Shown: piece after piece, positions 29,248-39,386 of the stretch
Position numbering within the stretch: position 1 is the first letter of the stretch
Layout of the letters: every line of letters begins with the position of its first letter
DNA from: Waterburya sp.
GTDB lineage: Bacteria; Cyanobacteriota; Cyanobacteriia; Cyanobacteriales; Xenococcaceae
NCBI GenBank assembly: GCA_965217895.1
Contig: CBDCJV010000002.1
Span: 3,072,001-3,136,000 of the forward strand
Reading direction: 5' to 3'
Length of the DNA: 64,000 nt
Program-made: the position numbers and the translations under genes
Notes under the pieces: generated by a model
The model's database searches: none
What the model saw: only the letters and a program-made list of their open reading frames with translations
Told to the model about the DNA's origin: nothing

Positions 29248-30864
29248 TTATTTAATAGCCCGAAGACCGATAATCAATTCGTAATCTGGATCGTGACAAT
29301 TCAATTCCGATCGCTTTAATTCTTGAGTGCCAACGCCATAAAGAAATCCCGCTGCGGATAAGACATTGCCATAGGCTTTGACTTGAATATTGTTGGGGGT
29401 AAATACATCGCCAAATAGTCTGGCGACAGACATTTTGGTAAAACTCCAATATTGCCCCCACCTGTCTGAATCATCACGAATAATTGGCGTAATTCCTGGT
29501 ACTGTAACTAAGATAATTCCTCCTAGTTTGAGAATGCGGTACAATGTGGCGATCGCTTGAGGTAAATCGTAGATTAGTAATAAAGTCTGGGTCAGAATAA
29601 TCGTGTCAAAAGTCTCGTCGGGAATTTGAGGAGCATCGGTCAGATCTCCTACAATAGTAGCTGCGGGGTTGCCAGCAACCGCTTCTAAAACATCACTTTG
29701 AGTCACGCGATCGCCTCCATAACGCTTGGTATAGGTGGCATCACCCAATTCTAAAACTCGCCCTCGAATATCTTGAGTATGGTTTTCTAGAAATTGCTCG
29801 ATATAATAGCGATCAATGGGCGCACCGCGATGATTAGGCCAGGGTCTACTAATTGGTGTCAGACGACGCAAACTGCCCCAGTGCACCCAGCCTAAAGGGA
29901 GACTGGGTTTATACAGCCACTGAGTTTTGAGCCAGTTTCTTAGGGAATCGGGTAGGGTTTGTTTAATAGCCTGTTTAATCAAATACTTGCTATCTTTTTT
30001 AAGGCGACTCAAACGGCTCATAATACGACTTAATATGGGGTATTGATAGTGCCACAATTCCTGATTAACTATGAGTAAAACCTGAGTATCTCCAGCTTGC
30101 TGCAGATAGTCTTGCAACCAAATTAAAAAAGCTTTGCGGGCGGTAAAGTAACCTTTATCTGTATCGTGAGTTTTGAAGGTACAGGCTGCCTCGTGCTGGC
30201 GATAACGACACCAACAGCGATCGGCTATATAAGCAGGAAAATTCGAGCAAAGCTTGGCATGAAACACCTGATCTTCGTACATTCCAGGGAAAGAATTTTC
30301 ATATCCCCCGACGGCAGTAATAGCCTCTTTTTTGATGAGAAGATCGTGGAGGGAAGCCCATTCATCTTGTAAAAATAATGTTAATATTGCTGGAGGTTGA
30401 ACCAGAGTATCTAAAGGTAAATTCAACTTCTGTAAAAAATCACGTTGCTTATCGCTTTCTTTTCCCGTCCAGCTATACCACCATTGGGTTTTGCCACTAA
30501 CCATCGCTGCATCGGGTTGTGCCGACACAATAGCTACCTGTTGTTCTAGTTTATTGGGTAGCCAAACATCGTCCCCATCAATAAAAGCAATATATTCACC
30601 TTGGGCATTATCGATCCCTAAATTGCGGGAGGCACTCATGCCCAGGTTTTTATGTCCCTCGTGTTCGATATACTTAACTTTCTGGTAAAGCTTTTCTGCA
30701 TAACTTTTGGCAATCGCACTACTGTGATCGGTTGAACCATCATCGACTAAAATTAATTCCCAGTTACTGTAAGTTTGGGCTAATACCGAAGCGATCGCTT
30801 CCTCGATAAATTTTTCTTCATTTAGAAAGATTAAAATTGCTGAAACTAATGGCTGATTAAGCAT
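29248..30864 (-). CDS. GT2 glycosyltransferase fused to a C-terminal SAM methyltransferase
   Basis: N-terminal VDDGS/IDGDD; C-terminal RGAPIDRYY, VLELGD, FDTIILTQ. Confidence 0.88.
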   Translation of the reverse strand: MLNQPLVSAILIFLNEEKFIEEAIASVLAQTYSNWELILVDDGSTDHSSAIAKSYAEKLYQKVKYIEHEGHKNLGMSASRNLGIDNAQGEYIAFIDGDDVWLPNKLEQQVAIVSAQPDAAMVSGKTQWWYSWTGKESDKQRDFLQKLNLPLDTLVQPPAILTLFLQDEWASLHDLLIKKEAITAVGGYENSFPGMYEDQVFHAKLCSNFPAYIADRCWCRYRQHEAACTFKTHDTDKGYFTARKAFLIWLQDYLQQAGDTQVLLIVNQELWHYQYPILSRIMSRLSRLKKDSKYLIKQAIKQTLPDSLRNWLKTQWLYKPSLPLGWVHWGSLRRLTPISRPWPNHRGAPIDRYYIEQFLENHTQDIRGRVLELGDATYTKRYGGDRVTQSDVLEAVAGNPAATIVGDLTDAPQIPDETFDTIILTQTLLLIYDLPQAIATLYRILKLGGIILVTVPGITPIIRDDSDRWGQYWSFTKMSVARLFGDVFTPNNIQVKAYGNVLSAAGFLYGVGTQELKRSELNCHDPDYELIIGLRAIK

Positions 30865-30944
30865 TTCAATGTTTTTTCTCTCATCTTCTCAGGAATAATA
30901 ATTAATGTATGGTAGGTATGCTTCAAACCATTATACTATACCCC

Positions 30945-31075
30945 TCTTCTGTCACTTTCCGAAATAGAGGAGTAGCAGAAACAGAGTTTATCCATCAGGC
31001 AAATAAAAAGAAAATTGATTGATTGCTGCAATCAATCGATGAAAACCAAGTATTAAAGAACGGTTAGGAAAAATG
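30945..31075 (+). repeat. 131-bp inverted repeat, arm 2
   Basis: Reverse complement of 24981-25111; abuts mini-IS6 copy B. Confidence 0.9.
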
Positions 31076-31580
31076 GGTAGTGTTGCCAGAAATTGAAGAA
31101 GCAACATAGTAGTATATATTTACTGTCTAAAACTCAACATTAATGAATTCAAAATCCCCCTTCAAATGGCGACATTTTCTACTGTAGTAAGAGTGATTAA
31201 TACAGACAAGGCGAAAGCTTATCCCAAAGCAATCGAAGAGCTAAAAGAATCTGACTTATTACCTGAATCGGTTGAACATCGAGCAGTTAAATACCTGAAT
31301 AATTTAATTGAACAAGATCATAGATATACGAAACTGCGGGTTATAACCAGTCAAAACTTTAGGAATTTTTGGACTGCTGGTCGTACCATCGCAGGATATG
31401 AATCGATGAACATGATTCGTAAAGGACAAATCAAAAATGTAAGACGAGATGAATTTTTAGGTCAGATTAGGTTTATTCATTCTCTATTTGGGATAGCTGT
31501 GTAAATTTGAGAGAAAATCAAATTAATTTAAAGTTTACCTTTATTTTTATTCTTTTGTTTTTTCTTTTCGCAATACTGCC
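31076..31580 (+). mobile_element. 505-bp internally deleted IS6-family element, copy B
   Basis: Near-identical to copy A; the differences seen are in the IRs (GGTAGTG, GCAATACTGCC). Confidence 0.88.
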
Positions 31581-31782
31581 TGTTTTATTGAACCCGAAGA
31601 TCATCTTGTAAGTTTTACTTACATGACAAGAGTCGAAGGAGAAAATACTAGACTCAGACACCCTGAACGCTCGTTTGCATCGAAAGACTTTATGTTACTC
31701 AAAATCGATTGAAATGCTTAAACATTCAATTCGTCTTTTGCTCCACTACCTTAGATTTAAAACTGTTCCCGCGAGCTCTTAA
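31581..31782 (+). pseudogene. IS1-family transposase (InsB) C-terminal remnant
   Basis: YMTRVEGENTRLRH / frameshift / ARLHRKTLCYSKSIEMLKHSIRLLLHYL. Confidence 0.8.
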
Positions 31783-31847
31783 ATCATTACTCATTTCTTG
31801 ACCTCCACTGTTTTGTAGGGACTACCGAATTTTTTCTGTTTCATTTT

Positions 31848-31861
31848 TTTGCAACAGAACC
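31848..31861. mobile_element. Solo IS6-type terminal IR
   Basis: TTTGCAACAGAACC = reverse complement of GGTTCTGTTGCAAA. Confidence 0.5.
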
Positions 31862-32111
31862 ATAATTTATAAGATTGTTTCGACGCTGTGAAATTTGACA
31901 CTATACTATTAGTAGTTTCTAGCACTTGAAAAATTGGTTTAACAGCTTGATTTGCGAAGGAAAGAGATTTTCCCAGAAATTAATACATTAGAAACTCACT
32001 ATCATGCTGCTTAAAAACAAAAAAGATTGAGAGAGCTAGGTTCTATAACTATTGTGGCTTATAGAGCTATCAAGTCCTGACAGATTAGGCAAAATCACGT
32101 CAAGCAACTAA

Positions 32112-33281
32112 ATGAAATTACTAATTGTTTTTCCTTCCACTCAAAGAGGAGGTGCGGAGGAATATGCTATAAAAATTGCTCGGGGAATTAAGCAAAAAAA
32201 GTGGAAAATACACGCAGCATTTCCAAAAACTCCTGAAACAATCTCTTTGATCGACGATTTTACGCAGCAAGGCATTGAGTACCATCATTTAGAGATTGCT
32301 GATAAACCAGGGAATAAATTCAATTCACTCAAAGCAAGCATATTTAGACTGTTTGTAACCTATAAACTACTCCTAGAAATTAAGCCTGATGTTATATTAC
32401 TCAACCTTCCCGCTCATCATTTTGGCTTTGCAATTGTATTAGTCTACGGTTTATTGAAGATTCCTACAGCAGTTGTTTTTCATCTTATTCCTGCGCCAGC
32501 TTCTTTTAGTTCAGCTAAAATACGAGCCTATCACTGGGCAAAAGCTCGAAATCAAGAGTGGATTACTATTTCTGACTACAACCGTAAATATTTAGCTCAA
32601 GAATTTGCTATGGATCTTCAAGAGTTGCGCTGTATTTATAACGGTATCGAACAACAATCTCTAGTGATTCCCTCAAACAGAGATCGCCATCAATTACGCT
32701 TAAAAATTAGGCAAGAATTGGGTTTAGCAGAAACTAGTCAATTGCTGTTAACCGTAGCTCGTCTTCACCCCCAAAAGGGTCATGATTATTTAATTCCGAC
32801 GATGCCCGAAATTGTCGCCAAGTTTCCTCAAGCGCATTTTGTTTGGGTAGGAGATGGAGACCATGCTTCCTATTTAACCGAAATACTACAGCAGCATAAC
32901 GTTGAGAAAAAAGTGAGCTTTTTGGGATATCGCCGTGATATTCCAGATATTTTGAGTGCAGCCGATATCTTTCTCTTCCCTAGCTATCAAGAAGGCTTAC
33001 CCTTTGCTATTTTAGAAGCCTTGGTTTATGGCTTGCCTATAGTAGCATCGGATACGGGGGGGATTCCAGAGATGATAGTTCATCAGCACAATGGTTTGCT
33101 GTTTGAAACTGGCGATCGCCAAGACTTACTAGAAAAACTCGACTGGGCTTTGACTCATCCCAACACTATGGTGCAAATGGCTGAAGTAGGGAAAGTAGAG
33201 GTACAAAAGTTTTCAGAAACCAAAATGCTCAAAGATACCTTAAAAGTATTGGAAAATCTAGCCCTAACTCGGCAAAACTAA
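32112..33281 (+). CDS. GT4 glycosyltransferase
   Basis: GGAE, VARLHPQKG, EGLPFAILEA. Confidence 0.9.
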   Translation: MKLLIVFPSTQRGGAEEYAIKIARGIKQKKWKIHAAFPKTPETISLIDDFTQQGIEYHHLEIADKPGNKFNSLKASIFRLFVTYKLLLEIKPDVILLNLPAHHFGFAIVLVYGLLKIPTAVVFHLIPAPASFSSAKIRAYHWAKARNQEWITISDYNRKYLAQEFAMDLQELRCIYNGIEQQSLVIPSNRDRHQLRLKIRQELGLAETSQLLLTVARLHPQKGHDYLIPTMPEIVAKFPQAHFVWVGDGDHASYLTEILQQHNVEKKVSFLGYRRDIPDILSAADIFLFPSYQEGLPFAILEALVYGLPIVASDTGGIPEMIVHQHNGLLFETGDRQDLLEKLDWALTHPNTMVQMAEVGKVEVQKFSETKMLKDTLKVLENLALTRQN

Positions 33282-33288
33282 ATTTTTT

Positions 33289-34422
33289 TTATAAAAGCTT
33301 TAATAGCCCATTAATTTGCTGCTCTATATTTAACAGATTAAAACGCTGACTGGCAGTAGTTTGACCAGCCCGAGCGATCGCCTTGGTTGCTTTTGGTTGC
33401 TGGCGACACCGATTGATTGTGTCGGCTAATTCCCGCACGTCTCCAGGAGTAGTAAGCCAGCCAGTGCGATCGCGCTCAATTAATTCTACCGCACCCCCTG
33501 CTGCTGCTGCGATAATTGGTTTGCCGCACAGCATCGCTTCGACAATGACTCTACCAAAAGGTTCGGGTGAGGTAGAGGTATGAACCACCAGATCGCACAT
33601 GGACATTAACTGAGGAATATCTGTTCTGAAGCCTAAAAAGCGGACGCGATCTCCTAATTCTAAGTCCTTCACCTGTTGGTGCAACTTCTCGACATATTCA
33701 TCTTCACCAAATAAGGCATCTCCGACTAAAATCGCCGTAGCTTCGGGACAATGGGTTAATGCTTCGATCAGAACATGCTGACCTTTCCAGGGAGATAGAC
33801 GACTGAAATGACCAACAACATATCTTCCTTGTAAATTTAATTCTTGTTTCAATTGAGTAGCGCGATCGCTTTGATATTGATATCGATCTAAATCAAAGCC
33901 ATTATAAACTACTTCTACTAACTGCTCTTTTCCTCCCGCTTCAACAAAAGCAGTTTTGGTAGCTTGAGAATTGGCAATAATCAGCGAGGCAAAGCGGTTT
34001 GCCACAAATACAGCCAATTTGCGGTTAACTCGACTAAAATGCTCTACCGAAAGAATATCCCGCAGATGATAAGCTAGTGGCTTTTTGGTCAAAAAACTAG
34101 CTATTGCCCCAACTACCATTGCTTTTTGGGTATTGGCATAGAGCAGATCGTAATCTTTACTAAGGCTTGCTACCTCACTAATTAGGGAAATCAATTGTCC
34201 AACATTACTAATACTCTGCCAAAAATTACTGTCTTTTGAAATTTTGAGCGCTCGCGCCGATAAAATATGAACGGGTACTTGATTTTGTTTTAGGGCTTCT
34301 TTAAATGAACCATCGGCAAATAAACTAACCAAACAAGAATCTCGGTAAAAATTTGCCAGATCCAACAGACTTAATTCTGCCCCCCCTAATTTACCACTTT
34401 GATCTAAAAATAAAATCTTCAT
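33289..34422 (-). CDS. GT4 glycosyltransferase
   Basis: LGGAELSL, SRLSPWKG, EPFGRVIVEA. Confidence 0.9.
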   Translation of the reverse strand: MKILFLDQSGKLGGAELSLLDLANFYRDSCLVSLFADGSFKEALKQNQVPVHILSARALKISKDSNFWQSISNVGQLISLISEVASLSKDYDLLYANTQKAMVVGAIASFLTKKPLAYHLRDILSVEHFSRVNRKLAVFVANRFASLIIANSQATKTAFVEAGGKEQLVEVVYNGFDLDRYQYQSDRATQLKQELNLQGRYVVGHFSRLSPWKGQHVLIEALTHCPEATAILVGDALFGEDEYVEKLHQQVKDLELGDRVRFLGFRTDIPQLMSMCDLVVHTSTSPEPFGRVIVEAMLCGKPIIAAAAGGAVELIERDRTGWLTTPGDVRELADTINRCRQQPKATKAIARAGQTTASQRFNLLNIEQQINGLLKLL

Positions 34423-34462
34423 ATTTATCTCGGTAGCTTACTTAAATTGATGATGAATAAAG

Positions 34463-35602
34463 TTAGAAGTTGATAACTTGGCACAATAAATCATCAATTT
34501 GCTGTTCGATATTGACCAAATTAAAGCGTTGGACTGCGGTAATTCTTCCTGCTTGGGCGATCGCCTTGGTCATTTCTGGTTGTTGACGACTTTGATTAAT
34601 AATTTCTCCTAGTTTCAAGGCATCTCCTGGGGGGGTAAGCCAACCCGTTTGACCATGACTAATCAACTCTGTTGCCCCTCCTGCTGCGGTTGCCACAATA
34701 GGTTTCCCACACAGCATAGCTTCGGCAATTACCCGTCCAAAAGGTTCGGGAGCGGTGGAGGTATGGACAACTAGATCGCACATCGATATTAGTTGAGGTA
34801 TATCTGAGCGAAAGCCTAGAAAATGGACGCGATCGCTCAATTCTAATTGTTTTATTTGTTGGTGCAACTGTTCGACATATTCATATTCTCCAAATAGGGC
34901 ATCTCCCGCCAGAATTGCTGTGACCTGAGGACAATAAGTCAATGCCTCAATCAAAATATGTTGACCTTTCCAAGGAGAGAGACGACTAAAGTGACCAATA
35001 ATATAGTCTCCCTTCAAGTTTAATTTTTGCTTAAGCTGTAGGTCGGAATCTCGATCTTGATACTGCGTCAAATCAAATCCGTTATAAACTACTTCGACCA
35101 GACTACTTTTCCCTCCTTCCCTAATAAAAGCAGTTTTCGTGGCTTTGGAATTAGCAATAATCAAGGAAGCAAAGCGATTTGCCAGAAAGACAGCTAGTTG
35201 TCGATTGGCTTTACTAAAATGCTCTGAAGAAAGAATATCGTGTAAATGATAAATTAATGGTTTACCCGTTACCAAGCTAACTATTGCCCCTACCACCATT
35301 GCTTTTTGAGTATTAGCATAAATTAAATCGTAGTCATGACTAAGCTGGGCAACTTCAACAATCAAAGGGACTAACTGTCCGACACTTTTGGTACTCTGCC
35401 AAAGGTTACTGTCTTTAGAAATTTTGAGCGATCGCTTAGATAAGATACATACAGGGACTTTATTTTGTTCTAGGGCTTTTCTAAACGAGCCATCGGCAAA
35501 CAAACAAACCAGACAAGAATCTCGATAAAATTTTGCCAGATCCAAAAGGCTTAATTCTGCCCCGCCTAATTTACCACTTTGATCTAAAAACAAAATCTTC
35601 AT
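34463..35602 (-). CDS. GT4 glycosyltransferase, tandem paralog of 33289-34422
   Basis: Identical N-terminus MKILFLDQSGKLGGAELSLLDLA; EPFGRVIAEA. Confidence 0.9.
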   Translation of the reverse strand: MKILFLDQSGKLGGAELSLLDLAKFYRDSCLVCLFADGSFRKALEQNKVPVCILSKRSLKISKDSNLWQSTKSVGQLVPLIVEVAQLSHDYDLIYANTQKAMVVGAIVSLVTGKPLIYHLHDILSSEHFSKANRQLAVFLANRFASLIIANSKATKTAFIREGGKSSLVEVVYNGFDLTQYQDRDSDLQLKQKLNLKGDYIIGHFSRLSPWKGQHILIEALTYCPQVTAILAGDALFGEYEYVEQLHQQIKQLELSDRVHFLGFRSDIPQLISMCDLVVHTSTAPEPFGRVIAEAMLCGKPIVATAAGGATELISHGQTGWLTPPGDALKLGEIINQSRQQPEMTKAIAQAGRITAVQRFNLVNIEQQIDDLLCQVINF

Positions 35603-35858
35603 TTTTATCTCTATAGTCTATTCATCAAAATATTGTGGAGACAAATTCAACAAAGAATAATCATTGATAACAGCCTCTCATATTTTAGGAGACTATTTCA
35701 CACTTTGGAAGACTACTTTGTCAAATTTTTGATTGTGTTTGCTCTTTAACTTTTTATATTGCCTCCAAAGATAAAAAATAGAATTGTAATAATTTTGTCA
35801 GTCAAATATAAATTTTAATGATAAAATACTCAACAATATTAATTTTAAAATATCACTA

Positions 35859-36986
35859 ATGGATAAAAGCTTGATTGTCACTTGTTTTTATGGAGATCCT
35901 AAAAATCCTAAAACCTGGTCAGGAACTCCATGCAAATTAATCAAAGTTTTAGAAGATAGAGGAATTAATATATATGGAATTGATTCTGGGATATATAGTT
36001 TTATAGAAAAAGCTTTTTTTTATTTTATACATAAATTTACAAGAGAAGGCTTTAACTTTCGGACAACCGGGGGGTTCAACTTTCGTGAAGGAATAATTAC
36101 TAAAAAATATTCTGCTTACGTCATTAAGCGCAAAGCTAAAAACTTTGATGCCAATATAATACTTCATACGTCAATGATAGATGTATCTGGTTCGAGTGAA
36201 GATTTAAAGTATACTCATTTTTGGTTGGGAGATTACACCTGGAATCTCAGACATAAAAGTACTTTAAACTCCAAAAAATTTAACAAAAAAATGTTTTTAA
36301 GAATGGAAAAGATTGAAAGAGATTGCCAAAAACAAATCAAACATTTTTTTCCAATTTCAGAATATGTCAAAAAGAACTTAATTAATCATTATGGAATAGA
36401 GCCAAGTAAAATTACTATTGTTCGTACAGGAAGAGGAGAAATAAAGCCATTTACTGGAGAAAAAAGCTATACAAATGGAAAAATTTTGATGGTAGCAAAA
36501 CATAGATTTGAAGATAAAGGAGGGGGACTATTATTAAAAAGCTTTGAAATAGCTCAAAAAAGAAATAAGAATCTCAAGTTAGTAATAATTGGCGATGAAA
36601 AATACAAAGAGCAAGTTGGAAATCTTCAAAATGTAACAGTAACAGGTTTTATACCATGGGAAGAATTACAAAATCATTTTAATACTGCCTCACTCTTTGC
36701 AATGCCAGCTTTGAATGAGCCTTGGGGATTAGTTTATTTAGAAGCACTTGCCTGTAAGACTCCAATTCTTGGATTAAATCGCAATTCTCTTCCTGAAATT
36801 ACTCAGGATGGAAAATTCGGATTTTTAGTAGATGAACCCGACCCTAGTTTAATCGCAGATAAAATACTTGATGCTTTCTCTGCTCCAAATAGGTTAAAGG
36901 AAATGGGAGAAAAAGGACAAAACTATACGTTGAATATGTATTCATGGGAAAAAACAGTAAACAAAATACAAGAAGTAATTTTTTAG
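35859..36986 (+). CDS. GT4 glycosyltransferase (AT-rich)
   Basis: WSGTP, RFEDKG, EPWGLVYLEA. Confidence 0.85.
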   Translation: MDKSLIVTCFYGDPKNPKTWSGTPCKLIKVLEDRGINIYGIDSGIYSFIEKAFFYFIHKFTREGFNFRTTGGFNFREGIITKKYSAYVIKRKAKNFDANIILHTSMIDVSGSSEDLKYTHFWLGDYTWNLRHKSTLNSKKFNKKMFLRMEKIERDCQKQIKHFFPISEYVKKNLINHYGIEPSKITIVRTGRGEIKPFTGEKSYTNGKILMVAKHRFEDKGGGLLLKSFEIAQKRNKNLKLVIIGDEKYKEQVGNLQNVTVTGFIPWEELQNHFNTASLFAMPALNEPWGLVYLEALACKTPILGLNRNSLPEITQDGKFGFLVDEPDPSLIADKILDAFSAPNRLKEMGEKGQNYTLNMYSWEKTVNKIQEVIF

Positions 36987-37013
36987 AAATAAAAATAGTA
37001 CATACAATATAAA

Positions 37014-38016
37014 ATGAATTCAGCAAATAAGTCAGTCATTATTACTAGCATCAATTATCCGACTAAGGCAGTCAGAAGAATAGCAACAAATTGCAGAGAG
37101 TGGAAATTAATAGTTATTGGAGACAAAAAAACTCCCTCTGATTGGGTTTGTGAAGAAGTAGAATTTTTATCTGTAGACAATCAATTAAAGCTACATAGCA
37201 AATTTGCTAAAGCATGTAAATTTAATCATTACGTAAGAAAAAATATTGGGTATATAAAAGCTATTCAAGATGGAGCAGAAATTATAGCTGAAACAGACGA
37301 TGATAATATTCCATACGATAATTTTTTGACTCCTATATCTAAGTTTGTAGAAGGAAAGGTTGTAACAAGTAAAGGTTGGAATAATGTTTACAAGTACTTT
37401 GTAGAAGACAAGGTAAAAATATGGCCACGTGGATTCCCTTTAGAAAATGTTAATGAAAGCTTTGCTGATACTATTGAGGTGAATACTATTAAAAAACTTG
37501 ATTGTCCTATTCAACAGTATTTAGCTGATGGAGATCCAGATGTAGATGCAGTTTATAGACTAACTACAGAAGGTGAAATTAAATTTAAATCTAATACTGT
37601 GATTATGTCAAATGGCTGTTTTTGTCCTTTTAATTCACAAAATACTATTTGGTGGCCAGAAGCTTATCCATTACTTTATTTACCTAGCTTTGTTACTTTT
37701 CGTATGACTGATATATGGCGATCGTTTATAGCACAAGTCTGTATTTATGCATTAGGAAAAAACATTGCTTTTCGAGAGCCGACAGTATTTCAAGAGCGAA
37801 ATCAACACTGTTTAATATCCGATTTTAAAGATGAGATTCCAGGTTATTTAAATAACAAAAAAATTATAGATCTTCTTAGAAGTTTAAATTTATCGCAAAA
37901 TTTCGAGTAAAGTAGGAGAAAATTTGTATATCTGTTATGAAAAGTTAGTTGAAGCTGAAATTATTCCGAAAGATGAGCTTAATTTAGTTCGCTTATGGCT
38001 TTCTGACATATTTTGA
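37014..38016 (+). pseudogene. STELLO/DUF288-like glycosyltransferase with frameshift near 37905
   Basis: IGDKKTP, RKNIGY, ETDDDN, WPRGFP, DPDVDA, PFNSQNT, RMTDIWR; another frame continues SKVGENLY...ELNLVRLWLSDIF* to 38016. Confidence 0.75.
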
Positions 38017-38025
38017 GAAAATTGG

Positions 38026-39339
38026 TTATACTGGGGATATTTCTATAATTAGAGGGTGATCGGATACATATACCGTAAATTCTTGATGATTGGTATATTG
38101 TTTTATGGGTTTTATAGTGTTAATTGGTTGATAAACATTAACGGTTTTAGTGGGTACATTTAAAACTACTCTTAATGGTTGATTCTTAACTTTAATATCT
38201 ATCCTTTCAGACAAGTCAAAACTAGGAACTTCTTGCCATAAAAGCAGGTAAAATTTGTGATTTCGTTTCTGTAATAGAGTATGATGTATGTTATTTGTGT
38301 TACTTTCTTTGCCTCTTATCTGATAATCTAAAGTATTGGTCAAAAATGGTTGTTTAATATTGTTATCAGAATCTTTTAAAAGAGCGATTACGTTTCTCAA
38401 GGCTATAAAATCAGGCTTAGGTGAGCCATCATAATGAAGTAGTCCATAGTTATACTGTGAATAGTCTTTTTCGGGATTAGCATGAAGGTCGAGTAGTTCA
38501 TAACTGTAGGTGCGTTCAATTCCTCGATTAAAATATTCCAGAAACAATCTCAACAAATATTTGCTTGCAGCCCGCTCGGATATTCCTGGTCGTTCTGGTT
38601 GATTGACAGCATTGTGATATCCAGTTTCCGTAGCAACAATTGGTTTATCTCGACAAACAATCTTAGTAGAAGGAATCCAACGAGTTTCCAATCCTCCTGC
38701 TGGCATACCCCAAGGAGAAAAGCTATAGCTGTGCATATTGCCCAAATCGCAATCAACTTGTCCTAATCGAGCTGCATTTTGAGGAAAAGATATTGATGGA
38801 CTCAATACTGGTATGTGGGCAGTATCAGGATCGGCTTTGAGCGCAGCATACATTTCTGCTTGATAATTACGCACACCTTCAGGAAAGTTTTCTCCTTGAT
38901 AATAAGCATCAGGTTGACCATCCCATTCGTTAGGTCCTTCCAAACCTTCGATCGCATCAATAACTGACTTAGTAAGCTGTACGACTTCTGAGCCACTTTT
39001 AACCCATCTAGGATCCATAATCAAAGTTGACTTAATGCCAATTTTTCCTAGATCGTTAAATTTTGCCTGGGCAAGTTTATCATCAACGGAAGGGCTGTCT
39101 CCACGAATGTGGCGAATACCCAACTCTTTTAATCTGGGTTCGATTACTCCTTCATATTGTTCATAAGCAGTATCGAGATAAGTTAGGTGTACCGCTACCC
39201 CAATAGAATCAATAAAAGAGTCAGCACTACGAGCTAATTCTGCCGTGGTTGGATTAATTTGCAGTCTGGATGTCAAAATAGTTAAGCAAACTATACCAAG
39301 TATTATCTGTAATAATTTTCTTGAAAATAAGTTTTTCAT
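38026..39339 (-). CDS. Secreted/anchored clan GH-A-like glycoside hydrolase
   Basis: N-terminal hydrophobic segment, EGPNEWD (N-E acid/base), NMHSY, ATETGY (nucleophile), YGLL. Confidence 0.7.
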   Translation of the reverse strand: MKNLFSRKLLQIILGIVCLTILTSRLQINPTTAELARSADSFIDSIGVAVHLTYLDTAYEQYEGVIEPRLKELGIRHIRGDSPSVDDKLAQAKFNDLGKIGIKSTLIMDPRWVKSGSEVVQLTKSVIDAIEGLEGPNEWDGQPDAYYQGENFPEGVRNYQAEMYAALKADPDTAHIPVLSPSISFPQNAARLGQVDCDLGNMHSYSFSPWGMPAGGLETRWIPSTKIVCRDKPIVATETGYHNAVNQPERPGISERAASKYLLRLFLEYFNRGIERTYSYELLDLHANPEKDYSQYNYGLLHYDGSPKPDFIALRNVIALLKDSDNNIKQPFLTNTLDYQIRGKESNTNNIHHTLLQKRNHKFYLLLWQEVPSFDLSERIDIKVKNQPLRVVLNVPTKTVNVYQPINTIKPIKQYTNHQEFTVYVSDHPLIIEISPV

Positions 39340-39386
39340 TAGAATAAATTTTTAAATAAAATCTCAACTTGATTGTTTCAAATTTG

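Noticed and set aside
24452..31588. Target-site duplication defining a true composite transposon
   Set aside because: The 8-bp flanks of copies A, B and C do not match each other
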